A stretch of DNA of 64,000 nucleotides from a virus, in IMG/VR virus record IMGVR_UViG_3300028920_000040, positions 59,836 through 123,835 of that record; one strand, 5' to 3'. The notes below the pieces were generated by a model. That model saw only the letters and a list, made by a program, of their open reading frames with translations. It ran no database searches and was not told the origin of the DNA. How positions within the stretch are numbered: position 1 is the first letter of the stretch; every line of letters begins with the position of its first letter. Shown here piece by piece: positions 38,625 to 49,864 of the stretch. Both the position numbers and the translations under genes were made by a program.

Positions 38625-40512
38625 TGTTTGAAAATGAATGCTTGCCGACTCCTTCCGCACCAAATATTAATCCTAGGCCGAAGGTCAATTACAAACTCAA
38701 GTACGCCGGTATCAAGCTAATGAGAAAAACCACTTTGGTTTATCATTGTTGTAAGTGTGGCAAAAAGATTACAACATACTGGAACGGTCCTGGAATTGAT
38801 GTCGAAGGAGATTTTATTAGTTTAGAAAATGATTGGAGCGAATTGTTCGAACAATGGATTCCAATTGCTAATATGGTTCAATGTAAAATGTGTACAGTTT
38901 TTCCTAATAGGGTTGCATAATGTCTTTAACTGAATGTCCATGCGGTAGTAAAAAATTTCCGTGGATCATGTATGATGCTCGTGGAATTTCTTGTGGGTAT
39001 GTATGCGAAGATTGTGAATCTGAAAAGAAGTTGAAGTATCGATCAGAAATTTTTGTTAATCCGAATTATAATACATACGAACCAATTGATGAGGAATATT
39101 GAAAATGCAGAAGCTTAAAAAGACATATCGTAAAAACGGTTTTAATTATGTTCAAGTCAAACGGAACGAGAAAGCCGCAATTTACAAACAGATTGATCCG
39201 ACGACAGGTCATGAATCTTATGAAGTTTTTATGATCAAGGTTACAAAGCCTTTTACTCTTAAATCAAAAGGAAAAAATCCAAAGGTCTATAATTATCCTG
39301 CTATGGAAAAATTTCCTGGCAATGAAGATTTTGGCAAGATTGCGTGGGCATACATGACAATCGAAACTACAACGGAGAAGTATAAGGAACTATCAAAATG
39401 ATGGAGAGGACAAATGAAAGTAAAACAGTTTAATTACGATTGTATTAGTGATTACATGTATGACGGGCGGAGAACCTTTCTGTTTAATGCATCAATGATA
39501 TCAACCTGTGCTCCGTTGTTTGATGATTGTGATTCAAACAATGAAGTCGAGGAAAAATTGAAGAAGGCAAATGTTATTTTGTCTACTGATAAAGCGGATA
39601 GTGAAAGCTGTGCAATGTATATTAATTTCAGTTCGCGTAAGTTTGCTGAAAATTTTATAGACCGTTTGAATGCTTATCTTCTTAAAAAGGTCGAACTTTT
39701 AAAAGAAGCATATAATTTTTAAAGTTGTAAAATAAAAATGAATACTATTTACGAATGTTGTAAGGCTGGCAAAGATGTGAACAAAACATTAAAAGTTGTT
39801 CACAATGCAAATACCGAACTTAATGCAATTGACTGGTTGGAAAAAAATGGGGGCGGTGTTTATAGAAACGCTTTACACAAATTTCAGTTTACAGTAAAAG
39901 GAAAAACAAAATGAAAAACAATCATAATCAATTAAACGTTAAAACAATTATAAGGAATTACCTAAAAGAGAATGATTATAAGGGTTTAATGTTTGAGAAT
40001 GCAATGGGCGATGCTTGTGCTTGTGATCTTAATGATCTTGCCCCTTGTGAAGATTGTCTTGAAGTATTTCCCGAATGCTTGCCCTGCACATTCAAGAAGT
40101 ATCGTGAACTTATTGAATCTCAAGAAAAAGGAACAAAATGAAAAACAATCATAAGCAATTCCTTCATGACATTTTCGTTACTGCCCTTGAAGGCGGAATC
40201 GGATACTGGTCATTCGCAACGAAGTATCATTGGGGAGAAGGCATTGGCAAAGAAGACCTCGATGGTTTTTATGCAACGATTATAGACGTTGAAACTGATA
40301 ATCCTTATTGGGAAGGCGAGAAGTTAATTAATGCTGATGTCATTAAAAAAGGCATTGATAGAATTATTAACAAAGAAGGTTTTAGAATCAATTCAGAAAT
40401 AAGGAAAGCAATCGGCCATGCGACTATAGATCAGGATACTAGCTGGCTTGATGCCGAACATGCTGATTGTATTGTTCAGGCAGGATTGTTTAATGAAATA
40501 GTGTTCGGATAA
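38624..40512 (+). CDS. run of small early hypothetical ORFs (38624, 38920, 39099, 39414, 39911, 40138), several Cys-rich
   Basis: ORF track; coupled start/stop codons. Confidence 0.55.
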
Positions 40513-40516
40513 TATT

Positions 40517-40700
40517 AGGTGTTGTGTTTGGTGGAACTAGACACTGCTCTTGTGAGGCGTGACCCTTAACTGGGAATGTCGAGTCGGAAGGCGAAACAAC
40601 ACAAGCTAAGATATTAGATATGGCGAATCCATGCACCTTCTTGCGTAAATTATAGTTTTGATCCAAATGCGTAAGTAAATGCGGGAACACAACACTTTTT
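40517..40700 (+). ncRNA. candidate structured non-coding RNA of unknown class
   Basis: intergenic, GC-richer; gtgttgtgtt (40519-28) pairs with aacacaacac (40686-95), followed by a T-run; internal helices. Confidence 0.5.
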
Positions 40701-40718
40701 AAATTGACAAAAACATTA

Positions 40719-40747
40719 TTGACTTAATACCAACCATTTATTATATT
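40719..40747 (+). promoter_or_regulatory. sigma70-type promoter
   Basis: TTGACT-N17-TATATT. Confidence 0.65.
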
Positions 40748-40780
40748 ATATTTGGTTGAGAATTTATATTCGGAGAAACC

Positions 40781-41746
40781 ATGAACTATACTGAAAAATT
40801 TTGTACCGAAAGATTTGGCCAGAACCACCAGTGGTTCAAGGACGGTGTTGTTCTTGAAACCCTTATGGGCAGCCATGCTTATGGTACAAACAATCAGGAT
40901 TCCGACTACGACGTTGTTGCAGTTGTTATGGACAAACACGACTTCTTGTTCCCTCAGCGTTATGGATATACAGTTGGATATAACAATCTTCCTACAATGA
41001 AGAATGGTGTGTTGGAATCGAAAGGTCCTAACAAGAAACTTGTTCTTGATAGTGGTAAGGAAGTTGAAGGCGAATGGAGATTGCTTACTAATTTCTGTCG
41101 CCTTGCTGTAAAGGGATCGCCAAATCTTGTTGAAGTTCTTTTTGCTCAGAGAAACCTTGTTACTGTTGGGCATGAAGTTGGATGGATGCTTAGAGACAAT
41201 CGAAAGCTTTTTCTTTCGATTGCTGTCTTCAATTCTTTTAAAGGATATGCATTTGGCCAGCTTGATAGACTTAGGAAAGATGTCAACAGAGGAAAGACCG
41301 AAAATCCAAAGAGACAGGAATTTCTTGACAAGTTTGGATACGATGTTAAAATGGCTTACCATACTCTTCGTCTTCTTGACCAGCTTGAGCAGTTGCTTAC
41401 AGTTGGCGATCTTGACCTTATGAAGAATAAAGAAGAATGTAAGGCAATGAGAAAAGGCGAATGGGGAACGTGGAAGGAATTTGAAAAGTTTACTCTTGAG
41501 AAGCTTCGCTATGTTGAAGACCTATCAAGAAACGGAACTCTTCCTCCTGAACCTCGGACAGTCGCAGTCGGTGAACTTTTGAAGAATTGTGTTGAGTCTT
41601 ATTACGGTTCGGAATCTGCAATGCAGAAGCAGGCAACAGAATATGTTAGTGCTGCTGAAGTAATGAAGAAACTTGACCGTCTTGAAAGACTTGTAAAACA
41701 AAGGTCGTCATCGGAACAGAATCGTTCCCGGTGCGGACCTTTCTAA
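40781..41746 (+). CDS. Pol-beta superfamily nucleotidyltransferase (YcgL/RlaP-like)
   Basis: GSHAYGT...DSDYD; GSPN-x-x-E-x-L; GYDVKMAYH. Confidence 0.8.
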   Translation: MNYTEKFCTERFGQNHQWFKDGVVLETLMGSHAYGTNNQDSDYDVVAVVMDKHDFLFPQRYGYTVGYNNLPTMKNGVLESKGPNKKLVLDSGKEVEGEWRLLTNFCRLAVKGSPNLVEVLFAQRNLVTVGHEVGWMLRDNRKLFLSIAVFNSFKGYAFGQLDRLRKDVNRGKTENPKRQEFLDKFGYDVKMAYHTLRLLDQLEQLLTVGDLDLMKNKEECKAMRKGEWGTWKEFEKFTLEKLRYVEDLSRNGTLPPEPRTVAVGELLKNCVESYYGSESAMQKQATEYVSAAEVMKKLDRLERLVKQRSSSEQNRSRCGPF

Positions 41747-41761
41747 AGAAAGGTTAATGTA

Positions 41762-42268
41762 ATGAAAAGACTTCGTGTATTTTTGAAGTTGAAATGGAAC
41801 GAAACATTCGGAAAAATATTTTCTAATATTGTTTATGCCTTTAAGGAACCAAAGAGTATAGATTCCGAATCAATTAAGAATCTTATAATTCTAGTATCTG
41901 TATATGCTCTCCTTCAAGGAATAGTTTGGGGATCGCATCTTACAGAAAAACACTTTGGTTGGACATGGCAGTATACTGTTTTAGAGTGGACAAACGACAA
42001 TCCAGAAGAACCTATGTCTTTGGTATATACAAAAACAGATTCTCCTAAAGAATATCATTGGGTAGTCTCTTTAGGTATTCTTGTTGTTCTTGCTCCTCTT
42101 GTAGGCGCAGTAATTTTAATGTCATGGCTTATATTTCCAACGGGAGCAATTATATTATTCTTAATAGGATATTTCACAGCCGCAGGAATATGTTCCTTTT
42201 GTAAATGGATAAAATCGAATTGGGAAGAAGCAGGACGAATTGTTGAAGAAGAAAAGAATCTAAAATGA
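41762..42268 (+). CDS. membrane protein
   Basis: three hydrophobic segments. Confidence 0.6.
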   Translation: MKRLRVFLKLKWNETFGKIFSNIVYAFKEPKSIDSESIKNLIILVSVYALLQGIVWGSHLTEKHFGWTWQYTVLEWTNDNPEEPMSLVYTKTDSPKEYHWVVSLGILVVLAPLVGAVILMSWLIFPTGAIILFLIGYFTAAGICSFCKWIKSNWEEAGRIVEEEKNLK

Positions 42269-43146
42269 ATTATAATACTGTAACAAAAAACATTCGAAAG
42301 AAACTAAAAGAGTACATTGAAGAAAATGATATCAAGGCTCTTGTCATTGGTGTATCGGGCGGAATCGATTCGGCTGTTTGTTGTGCATTGGCCAAACCAG
42401 TATGCGACGAACTGGGCATACCTTTGATTGGTAGAAGCATTCCTATTGAATCGAATAAGCAGGATGAAATTAATCGAGCAGATATGGTCGGAGGATCGTT
42501 CTGCACGAATTATTATTCGTTCAATCTTAATGAAGAATATAAATTTATTCTGAAAGATATGATCGTAGATAAGAATGACATTGATACAAAGATTCGTAAA
42601 GGTAATGTCAAGGCAAGACTTCGTATGATATATCTGTATGACATTGCACAAGAGAACAGAGGCATGGTTCTTTCGACAGATAACTATACTGAATACTTGC
42701 TTGGCTTCTGGACATTGCACGGCGACGTTGGTGACTATGGAATGATACAGAATCTTTGGAAAACTGAAGTCTACGAACTAGCAGAAGATTTGTGGTATAC
42801 CAGTCCGACACTTAATCAGCAACACGCTCTCCATGCATGTATTAAAGCAGTACCTACTGATGGTCTTGGAATAACAGATAGTGATCTTGATCAGCTTGGT
42901 GCAAAGGATTATGGAGAAGCGGATCGTATTTTGAAGATTGCTTTGACAAATGATATGGATAGTTTTATTTGGGACGATCATCTAAAGTATGATGGTAGAC
43001 CAGAAGATTATAATGAGTTTGCCCGTGAAAGAAGTATGTTAATAAACATAGATAAAAATCCTGTTATTCTTCGAATGAAAAATAGCGCATACAAAAGAAA
43101 CAATCCGTTTAACCTATCGAGGTCGGTATTGTTTGGAGAGGAATAA
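42265..43146 (+). CDS. nadE: NH3-dependent NAD+ synthetase
   Basis: GVSGGIDSAV, GNVKARLRM, GFWTLHGD, KTEVY and PTDGL motifs. Confidence 0.92.
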   Translation: MNYNTVTKNIRKKLKEYIEENDIKALVIGVSGGIDSAVCCALAKPVCDELGIPLIGRSIPIESNKQDEINRADMVGGSFCTNYYSFNLNEEYKFILKDMIVDKNDIDTKIRKGNVKARLRMIYLYDIAQENRGMVLSTDNYTEYLLGFWTLHGDVGDYGMIQNLWKTEVYELAEDLWYTSPTLNQQHALHACIKAVPTDGLGITDSDLDQLGAKDYGEADRILKIALTNDMDSFIWDDHLKYDGRPEDYNEFARERSMLINIDKNPVILRMKNSAYKRNNPFNLSRSVLFGEE

Positions 43147-43150
43147 AATA

Positions 43151-43924
43151 ATGGATAAGTCAAGTCTCGGAGATCGTATGAAGAGGTATGAAGCAGTGTC
43201 TTCACATATTTTGACAAACAGAACTCCTGTAATTATTCGAATCGACGGCAAAGCATTCCACACATTCACAAGGGGAATGGATCGACCTTTCGATGATAGA
43301 TTGTCCATGTGTATGCAGGAAACAATGAAGGCACTAGTCAGTAAGATTAGTGGCTGTTTCTTTGCGTATACTCAATCAGATGAAATCAGTCTTCTGCTTA
43401 TTGATTATCGTTCATTGGAAACACAACCATGGTTTGATAATAAGCTTCAGAAGATTGCTTCTGTTTCTTCAAGTATGGCAACAGCATATTTTAATAAATG
43501 GTACGATTGCTTATTCAATGACGATGAAATTAATAATAAGTTAGCAATGTTTGATGCCAGGGTTTTTAACTTGCCTCGTGAAGAGGTCACGAATTATTTT
43601 ATATGGAGGCAACAGGACTGTACAAGAAATAGTGTGCAGATGGTTGGAAGAGCTAACTTCTCACACAAACAGCTTGAAAAAAAGAACTGTAGTGATATTC
43701 AGGAAATGTTGTTCAATGAAAAAGGAATCAACTGGAACGATACTCCTGTTAAGTATAAGAGAGGATCGTGTGCATATAGGAATTATGACAATGGCAATGG
43801 AGTTACAAGGTCGTCTGTTATAATTGATGATGAAATTCCTGTCTTTACTAAGGACAGAGAATTTATTGAAAAATGGGTTTCGATTGATCAAACTTCTGAT
43901 AAATACTTTACGGAAGCCAATTGA
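43151..43924 (+). CDS. thg1: tRNA(His) guanylyltransferase Thg1-like 3'-5' polymerase
   Basis: RIDGKAFH, YTQSDEISL, FDAR, YFIWRQQDCTRNS and GINWN motifs. Confidence 0.92.
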   Translation: MDKSSLGDRMKRYEAVSSHILTNRTPVIIRIDGKAFHTFTRGMDRPFDDRLSMCMQETMKALVSKISGCFFAYTQSDEISLLLIDYRSLETQPWFDNKLQKIASVSSSMATAYFNKWYDCLFNDDEINNKLAMFDARVFNLPREEVTNYFIWRQQDCTRNSVQMVGRANFSHKQLEKKNCSDIQEMLFNEKGINWNDTPVKYKRGSCAYRNYDNGNGVTRSSVIIDDEIPVFTKDREFIEKWVSIDQTSDKYFTEAN

Positions 43925-44557
43925 AGAATACTAAATTTAACAAAGGAGATTTTACCTGTGGGCAAGACATTTAAAGAGAATTATAGTGATGAAAGATCGC
44001 CCAAAAAACTAAAAAATATCTCAAAAGAAAAGAGACATAATACTAAACAAATTCTAAGACGATACAGCTTAGGTGATGTTTTTGACGAAGACGAAGATTT
44101 ATTTGATGACGAATACTAAGTATGTCGTCAAGGATAAGGAGCGGATATGGAAAAGAAAAATCCGTTCAAGACATTCCTTGATTGTCAAAAAGAAAAAATT
44201 GAGCTTGATAAAATAAAAGATGAAATTGAATTAAATAAATCATTTAATTTGCAAGAGTTCTTTATAGATTGGATACAAAGAAATTCCGAATGGTTTAGAA
44301 GAGCCTGGGATATTTCTAAGTGTAAAGACTGTAGCAAAACAGAATATTGCGGTTGGAAAGCAATTAGTGCTTGTGATAAGTTTAAAGGAGATTGCGATGA
44401 GCAAGAAAAAGAAATTTGAAGAAGTTGAAATTGAAATGAATGACGATCAGTTTATGAAGCTGGCTCTCATGGCACACGAACAAGATATTACTATTAATCA
44501 GCTTTGTAATAACATTCTGAAAGAACAGATTGACAGAATGGAAAAGGATTTGAAGAA

Positions 44558-45454
44558 ATGAAAAATATTGCTATAATGTCAGGTGGAGGAGCCAAGGGTT
44601 ATATAACTGCACAGGCTCTTGAAATGATGGAGAATAAAGTTGGTCCTCTTCATGAACACTATGATCTTATGGCAGGAAGTTCTGTTGGAGCAATTAACGC
44701 GGCTTTCCTTGCGAGTGGATTACTAACAGCAAAACAGATTAATGATTTTTATCCTGAAATGGTTAAAAAGATTTTTGCAAAAAAATGGTATCCGACTATT
44801 CCAAAGTATGATAGACGAAACTTCATTGAGATATGGAATGATACTATTGGTTTTAATTTTAAGATGAAGGATTGTAAGACTAAGCTTCAGATTACTTCTG
44901 TTGACATGACGACTGGTAAAAACCATTTTTTCAAATCGTGGGAAGATAAAGACGGAGAGGAAAGGCTTTTAATTGTTGTATTACGATCATTTGCCGCTCC
45001 TCTTTATTTTGGTCCTCTTGCAGATTCTAAGACTAAAAAAGTTTGGATGGACGGGGGAATGGGAACTTCAAACATGCCGATTGATCAAGCACGAATTGAA
45101 GCGAGAGATATTTTAAATTGGAAGAGTAATCTTCAGTTTGATGCGTTTGGTTGTGGATATGTAAATGAAAAGATTCCTTTTGAAAAAGCAAAGAAATATA
45201 AACTGATTAGACAACTTGGAAGATTTGTACAGCCTGTTGATGGCGGACTTGCAAGAATGCAGTCAAGAGGAGAACAGGTTAGAAGAATGAAGGTCATTGC
45301 CGAGCATGAGAATAATATTGGTTTTCGTTGCTGGGATATTGAAATTCCTAAAAAGATTGATGGATTAGATAAAGTAAAATGTTTAAGTCAGTATAAAAAG
45401 TACGGAATTGAAATGAGCAAAAAGCCCGTTGATGATATTCCTATTGTTATTTAA
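44558..45454 (+). CDS. patatin-like phospholipase
   Basis: SGGGAKG, GSSVG (GxSxG), SFAAPLYF and DGG. Confidence 0.85.
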   Translation: MKNIAIMSGGGAKGYITAQALEMMENKVGPLHEHYDLMAGSSVGAINAAFLASGLLTAKQINDFYPEMVKKIFAKKWYPTIPKYDRRNFIEIWNDTIGFNFKMKDCKTKLQITSVDMTTGKNHFFKSWEDKDGEERLLIVVLRSFAAPLYFGPLADSKTKKVWMDGGMGTSNMPIDQARIEARDILNWKSNLQFDAFGCGYVNEKIPFEKAKKYKLIRQLGRFVQPVDGGLARMQSRGEQVRRMKVIAEHENNIGFRCWDIEIPKKIDGLDKVKCLSQYKKYGIEMSKKPVDDIPIVI

Positions 45455-45477
45455 CCCTTTGAAGAAAGGCCTTTCTT

Positions 45478-46154
45478 GTGGTTATTCCAAAAAGAAAGAA
45501 GAAAGAAAAGCTTGTTGAAAAGACCTGCGCTTTCCCAAAGTGCGATAAAATTTTTTATGGTACTGGTGCCAGCCGTTATTGTAAAGAGCATCGTTCTCGC
45601 AAGTACCGTAAGATCATCGACAAGACAGTTGTAAAAAAGAGAAAGATTATTAATAATCTTGACACAAATCAAACCATTGAACATTCATATAATGAAGTTC
45701 AAAAGGTTCTTTTTACGTGTGCTCTTGAAGGATGTAACAATACTTTTGAGGTAAAAATCTTTCCCAAAATTTTTGTATATCCTAAGTATTGTGCAGAACA
45801 TCGTAATCACTATAAAAGAGAAAGGTTTCTAAAATGTACTATGTAAGACGTTATACTGCAGGTGGAATGGATTATGATCCGAGGCAGAAGCATTGGGCAG
45901 TTTATCATTGCGATAATTGTGGTGAAGATGTCGATATTGATATCACAAGACATTTTGAAACTTATGATCTATCGACTCCTAAGAAATGTCCTCATTGTAA
46001 ATGTCTTGATCCTGAAGATCATGAAAAGAATCTTAAGTCTAAGATTAAAGACCTTACCTTAAAAAAGAATCGTATTCAAATTGAAATTGACCAAATCATA
46101 AGGGAACTTGATGAACTCGCCAGCAAACAAAAATCAGTCAAGACTTCGAAGTAA
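45478..46154 (+). CDS. two Zn-binding Cys-rich proteins (45478-45846, 45834-46154)
   Basis: repeated C-x4-C...YC-x-EHR; CxxC pairs. Confidence 0.55.
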
Positions 46155-46551
46155 TAGCAAAAATACAAAAAAAGTTTTTCTTCCTTGGAATAAATATATT
46201 ATATTAATAGAGGAATTAGTTCAGAAGATTAAGGATTCTAAGGAAGAATTTGATTGTATTTACGGTGTTCCTCGTGGTGGAATGATTCCCGCAGTAATAA
46301 TTTCTCACGCATTAAATATTCCAATAATGGGAAACCCTCTGGATGGATATAAGAAAAGAATGCTTATTGTTGATGATTTAGTTGATACTGGAAAAACCGT
46401 TGTTGATTTAACTAAGTTTCTTAAGGAGCATACTGCTGTTTCACATTTTAAAATTGCCTCAATATACAGGCACGAAAAATGTGAAGTGGCTCCTGACTAT
46501 TATGTAGAAACTAATAATATGTGGATAGAATTTCCATATGAAGGAGATTAA
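46108..46551 (+). CDS. type I phosphoribosyltransferase (purine PRT-like)
   Basis: GVPRGG, IVDDLVDTGKT and WIEFPYE; start uncertain. Confidence 0.85.
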   Translation: MMNSPANKNQSRLRSNSKNTKKVFLPWNKYIILIEELVQKIKDSKEEFDCIYGVPRGGMIPAVIISHALNIPIMGNPLDGYKKRMLIVDDLVDTGKTVVDLTKFLKEHTAVSHFKIASIYRHEKCEVAPDYYVETNNMWIEFPYEGD

Positions 46552-46553
46552 AA

Positions 46554-47099
46554 ATGAATGCAGAAAAACAAAATCTAATTATTGATAATCACAAATATTT
46601 GTTTGAACTGATGAATAATCATACCAGACCTTTTACTTTTAAGGAAAAATTCTCTTGGTATTTTTATTTGGTCAAATCAAAAATTAAATATTACTTGGAT
46701 GTTAAGCGTTGGATTAGAGACTATAAGTTTGTAAAGAAATGTAAAAAAGAAGGCAAAAGATATATGCTTTCAAAACCAAGAAGATGGTGTAAACCATATC
46801 GTTCTATATATCCAATCTCTTTTGGATTTGAGTGTGGTGATGGATGGTTTGATCTTATCAACAATCTTATAACAAAGATTGATGAGCTTGATGTCAATAA
46901 TGAAGTAAGAATCTTTCAAATCAAAGAAAAGTTTGGTGGACTAAGAGTTTACATTGATGGACCCGGTACAGACGAAATATATGATCTTATTGAGAAAGCC
47001 GAGAACGAATCTTATAAGATTTGTGAAAAATGTGGTAATCCAGGCAAGCCTAATAAGAAAGGTTGGATTTCTACTTTGTGTGATGAATGTAGAGGTTAA
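46554..47099 (+). CDS. conserved phage hypothetical protein
   Basis: GFECGDGW...QIKEKFGGLR...CEKCG...TLC motif. Confidence 0.6.
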   Translation: MNAEKQNLIIDNHKYLFELMNNHTRPFTFKEKFSWYFYLVKSKIKYYLDVKRWIRDYKFVKKCKKEGKRYMLSKPRRWCKPYRSIYPISFGFECGDGWFDLINNLITKIDELDVNNEVRIFQIKEKFGGLRVYIDGPGTDEIYDLIEKAENESYKICEKCGNPGKPNKKGWISTLCDECRG

Positions 47100-47381
47100 G
47101 AATGAAATGGGAAACAAAACCTCGATATCGTGAAGGAGATACAAGAATTGTTAAACGATTCTTGATTTTTCCAGTTTCCATTCATGGAGAAACGAGATGG
47201 TGTGAAACTGTTTATGTTAAGCAACGGTACGAGGAAGGCTATGACTGCAACTATTGGAAATGGTTAGAATGGATTGATCCAGTATCAGTAGTTACAATTA
47301 AGTCAACTTTAAAAAACAATATAAAAAAATTAACTAATAACCTAATTAATACAATTCGTATTGAAGCAGAGAGTAAAATTA

Positions 47382-48470
47382 ATGAATGATGTTCGAAAAG
47401 TTCTAAGTTACAATGACGTTCTTCTTTGTCCTCGCAATTCTATGTTGGAGCATATCAGTGATGCAAAAATAGAAATAGATTATAATTCATCTATTCCTTT
47501 TACTTCTGTTCCTCTTATCAATGCTCCAATGGATACTGTATGCTCTCCGAAGCTTCTACATTGTCTACATGAAACATTCGGGCTTCCTGTAACAATTCAT
47601 CGTTGGTTCAAATGTGTAGAAGATCAAATTAAATATTATAAGGAATGTAATATTAATTATGATAAAGATATTTTTATTGCAATTGGTAATGTTACCAAAT
47701 GGAAAGAATGGATCGATAAGCTTTTAGAATTTAGATACGGCAACACTTGTTCGTTTGGTCTTCTTGTTGATGTAGCAAACGGGGATACTAAGGCAACATG
47801 TGATTCTGTTAAGTATATCCGTGACCAAATGAGAACTCTTTATAGCTCTAGTGTCGATAAGGAAGGCTTGAATATCATGGCCGGGAATATTGCAACTCGA
47901 TCTGGATTTGCAAGACTTCAAGATGCTGGTGCGGATTTTATTAGGGTTGGTATCGGCGGTGGAAGCATCTGTTCGACAAGATTAAATATTGGTTTTGGTA
48001 TTCCAACATTGACTTCTGTATTCGATTGTGCAAAGATTAAAGATACTGCTTATCTTGTTGCTGATGGTGGAATCGAATACTCTGGTGATATAATGAAAGC
48101 AATCGCTGCCGGTGCAGATATGGTTATGGCAGGAAAGATGTTTGCCGCGACTGATTTGTCTGGTGGAGAAAAGATTACACAAGGAATAGAAGAAAAACCT
48201 GTCGCTGTTAGATATCGTGGAATGGCATCGAAAGAATCTATTGAGAAACTTAATAGTAAGAAGTCAACCGTATCTGTCGAAGGAGTATCGGGATATATTC
48301 CTTATAAAGGAACAACTAACGAAGTTGTTGCTGAAGTAATTGGAAATATGAGAACAGCAATTTCTTATTACGCCGGTTGTACAAATTGGAATCAGTTCAG
48401 AAAGAAAGTAAAGTTTCTTGAGATTACAACTCAAGGATGGAACGAAAGCCTAACGAGAGTGGGGCAATGA
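47382..48470 (+). CDS. IMP dehydrogenase/GMP reductase family protein
   Basis: APMDTV, DVANG, GIGGGSICSTR, ADGGI, YRGMAS and EGVS. Confidence 0.9.
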   Translation: MNDVRKVLSYNDVLLCPRNSMLEHISDAKIEIDYNSSIPFTSVPLINAPMDTVCSPKLLHCLHETFGLPVTIHRWFKCVEDQIKYYKECNINYDKDIFIAIGNVTKWKEWIDKLLEFRYGNTCSFGLLVDVANGDTKATCDSVKYIRDQMRTLYSSSVDKEGLNIMAGNIATRSGFARLQDAGADFIRVGIGGGSICSTRLNIGFGIPTLTSVFDCAKIKDTAYLVADGGIEYSGDIMKAIAAGADMVMAGKMFAATDLSGGEKITQGIEEKPVAVRYRGMASKESIEKLNSKKSTVSVEGVSGYIPYKGTTNEVVAEVIGNMRTAISYYAGCTNWNQFRKKVKFLEITTQGWNESLTRVGQ

Positions 48471-48898
48471 ACACAACAGCCGATTCGTGGAATAGAATAA
48501 GAGATAAACAAGTATTAGAATATAGAACTGGTCTTACAGAAGAAGGAAATGAAACAAGAAAGTTCTATTCGAAAAAAGGAACACTGCTTGCTAAAGGATA
48601 TATAAGAATTGTTTATGGCGATCATGGTCCTTACATCGAATTTGATGATAGACATTTGATACATGAGAACTGGAAGATCAGAAAGATAAAAGGAGCTAGA
48701 GCGTGGTACGATGAGTGCGAACCTATTGATGGGTCAAGAGTAACTCTTTATGTTCAAAAGAAACCAGTTACTATGTTACCTAATCCTCCAAAAGGAAAGT
48801 ATTCAGCAAGAAACAACCGTAAAGAAGGATATGCAGATTACAAAGTTGGAATGCTTTATATATCACCAGACGATTTAATATGCGAAGTAAGAAAATAA
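48467..48898 (+). CDS. conserved phage hypothetical protein
   Basis: GYIRIVYGDHGPYIEF...YADYKVG..YISP. Confidence 0.55.
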   Translation: MNTTADSWNRIRDKQVLEYRTGLTEEGNETRKFYSKKGTLLAKGYIRIVYGDHGPYIEFDDRHLIHENWKIRKIKGARAWYDECEPIDGSRVTLYVQKKPVTMLPNPPKGKYSARNNRKEGYADYKVGMLYISPDDLICEVRK

Positions 48899-49093
48899 AA
48901 AAGATAGAATATAAATTTGGCGATGTTGTTAAATGTAAGATGAAGGAGTGTCTCAACTATGAGAAAGGAAAATGCTCAATCATCATACCAAATATATTAA
49001 AAAAGTTAGAACCTAATTCTACTTATTGTAATTACTATGATGATAACTTTGAAAAGAGTTATGATGAATTAAAAAAATCAGGAGGCGTTATTA

Positions 49094-49864
49094 ATGATAT
49101 TCTCCGAAAGCTCAGAAAAAGAACAGCTCAGGATATTAAAGAAACTAAGAAACAAGTTAGAAAAGCAAGAAGAAACGCAAATAAAAAAACAAAATCCTAT
49201 ATTAAAAAACGATGAAGAAGTCATTTGTGAAATAGATATTGCTTCTCCTCCTCAGGAAATTACTGTCTTCATGATTCTCTTAAAGAGAATGAAGAAGAAA
49301 AACAATCTAGATTTTTGTTTAAAGATAATGATAGATTACTCAATGCCAGGCATGGGAGTTTACTTTAGAAGTAAAAAAGGAATGATTTTTATTAATCCTG
49401 AAAACTGTATTAATATTGAAGATATTAGTAACATCAACGATAAAGTAGATTTTTGGAATGGATATGTAAAAGACTTAACATTATTTGGTGTGACTATTCA
49501 TGAGTTTTGTCATTATGCGTCGGAAGAAGTTTTTTCTGGAATGATTAATGATTATAGAAAAACATTTCCAACAAAAAGACTTCGACTTAATGATTACTCA
49601 AATAATTCTATTGACGATGAAATTGCGGAAACAATGACATTGTATATTACAAATCCACTATTCCTTAAACTTATTTCGAAAGAACACTGGGATTTTTTCA
49701 AGAAGTATTTTACTTCGCCTGTACCGACGAGTCATAAACAGTCATATGATATCTATGAAAAGTTTCCTCCGATTATTAAGGAAAGATTAAAAAACGATTG
49801 GAATATTGATTATAATATTTTAACAAATAAATTTTTTAAATTGGAGAATATAAAAGATGGATAA
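49094..49864 (+). CDS. HExxH putative metallopeptidase
   Basis: IHEFCH...DEIAE; start uncertain. Confidence 0.5.
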   Translation: MIFSESSEKEQLRILKKLRNKLEKQEETQIKKQNPILKNDEEVICEIDIASPPQEITVFMILLKRMKKKNNLDFCLKIMIDYSMPGMGVYFRSKKGMIFINPENCINIEDISNINDKVDFWNGYVKDLTLFGVTIHEFCHYASEEVFSGMINDYRKTFPTKRLRLNDYSNNSIDDEIAETMTLYITNPLFLKLISKEHWDFFKKYFTSPVPTSHKQSYDIYEKFPPIIKERLKNDWNIDYNILTNKFFKLENIKDG

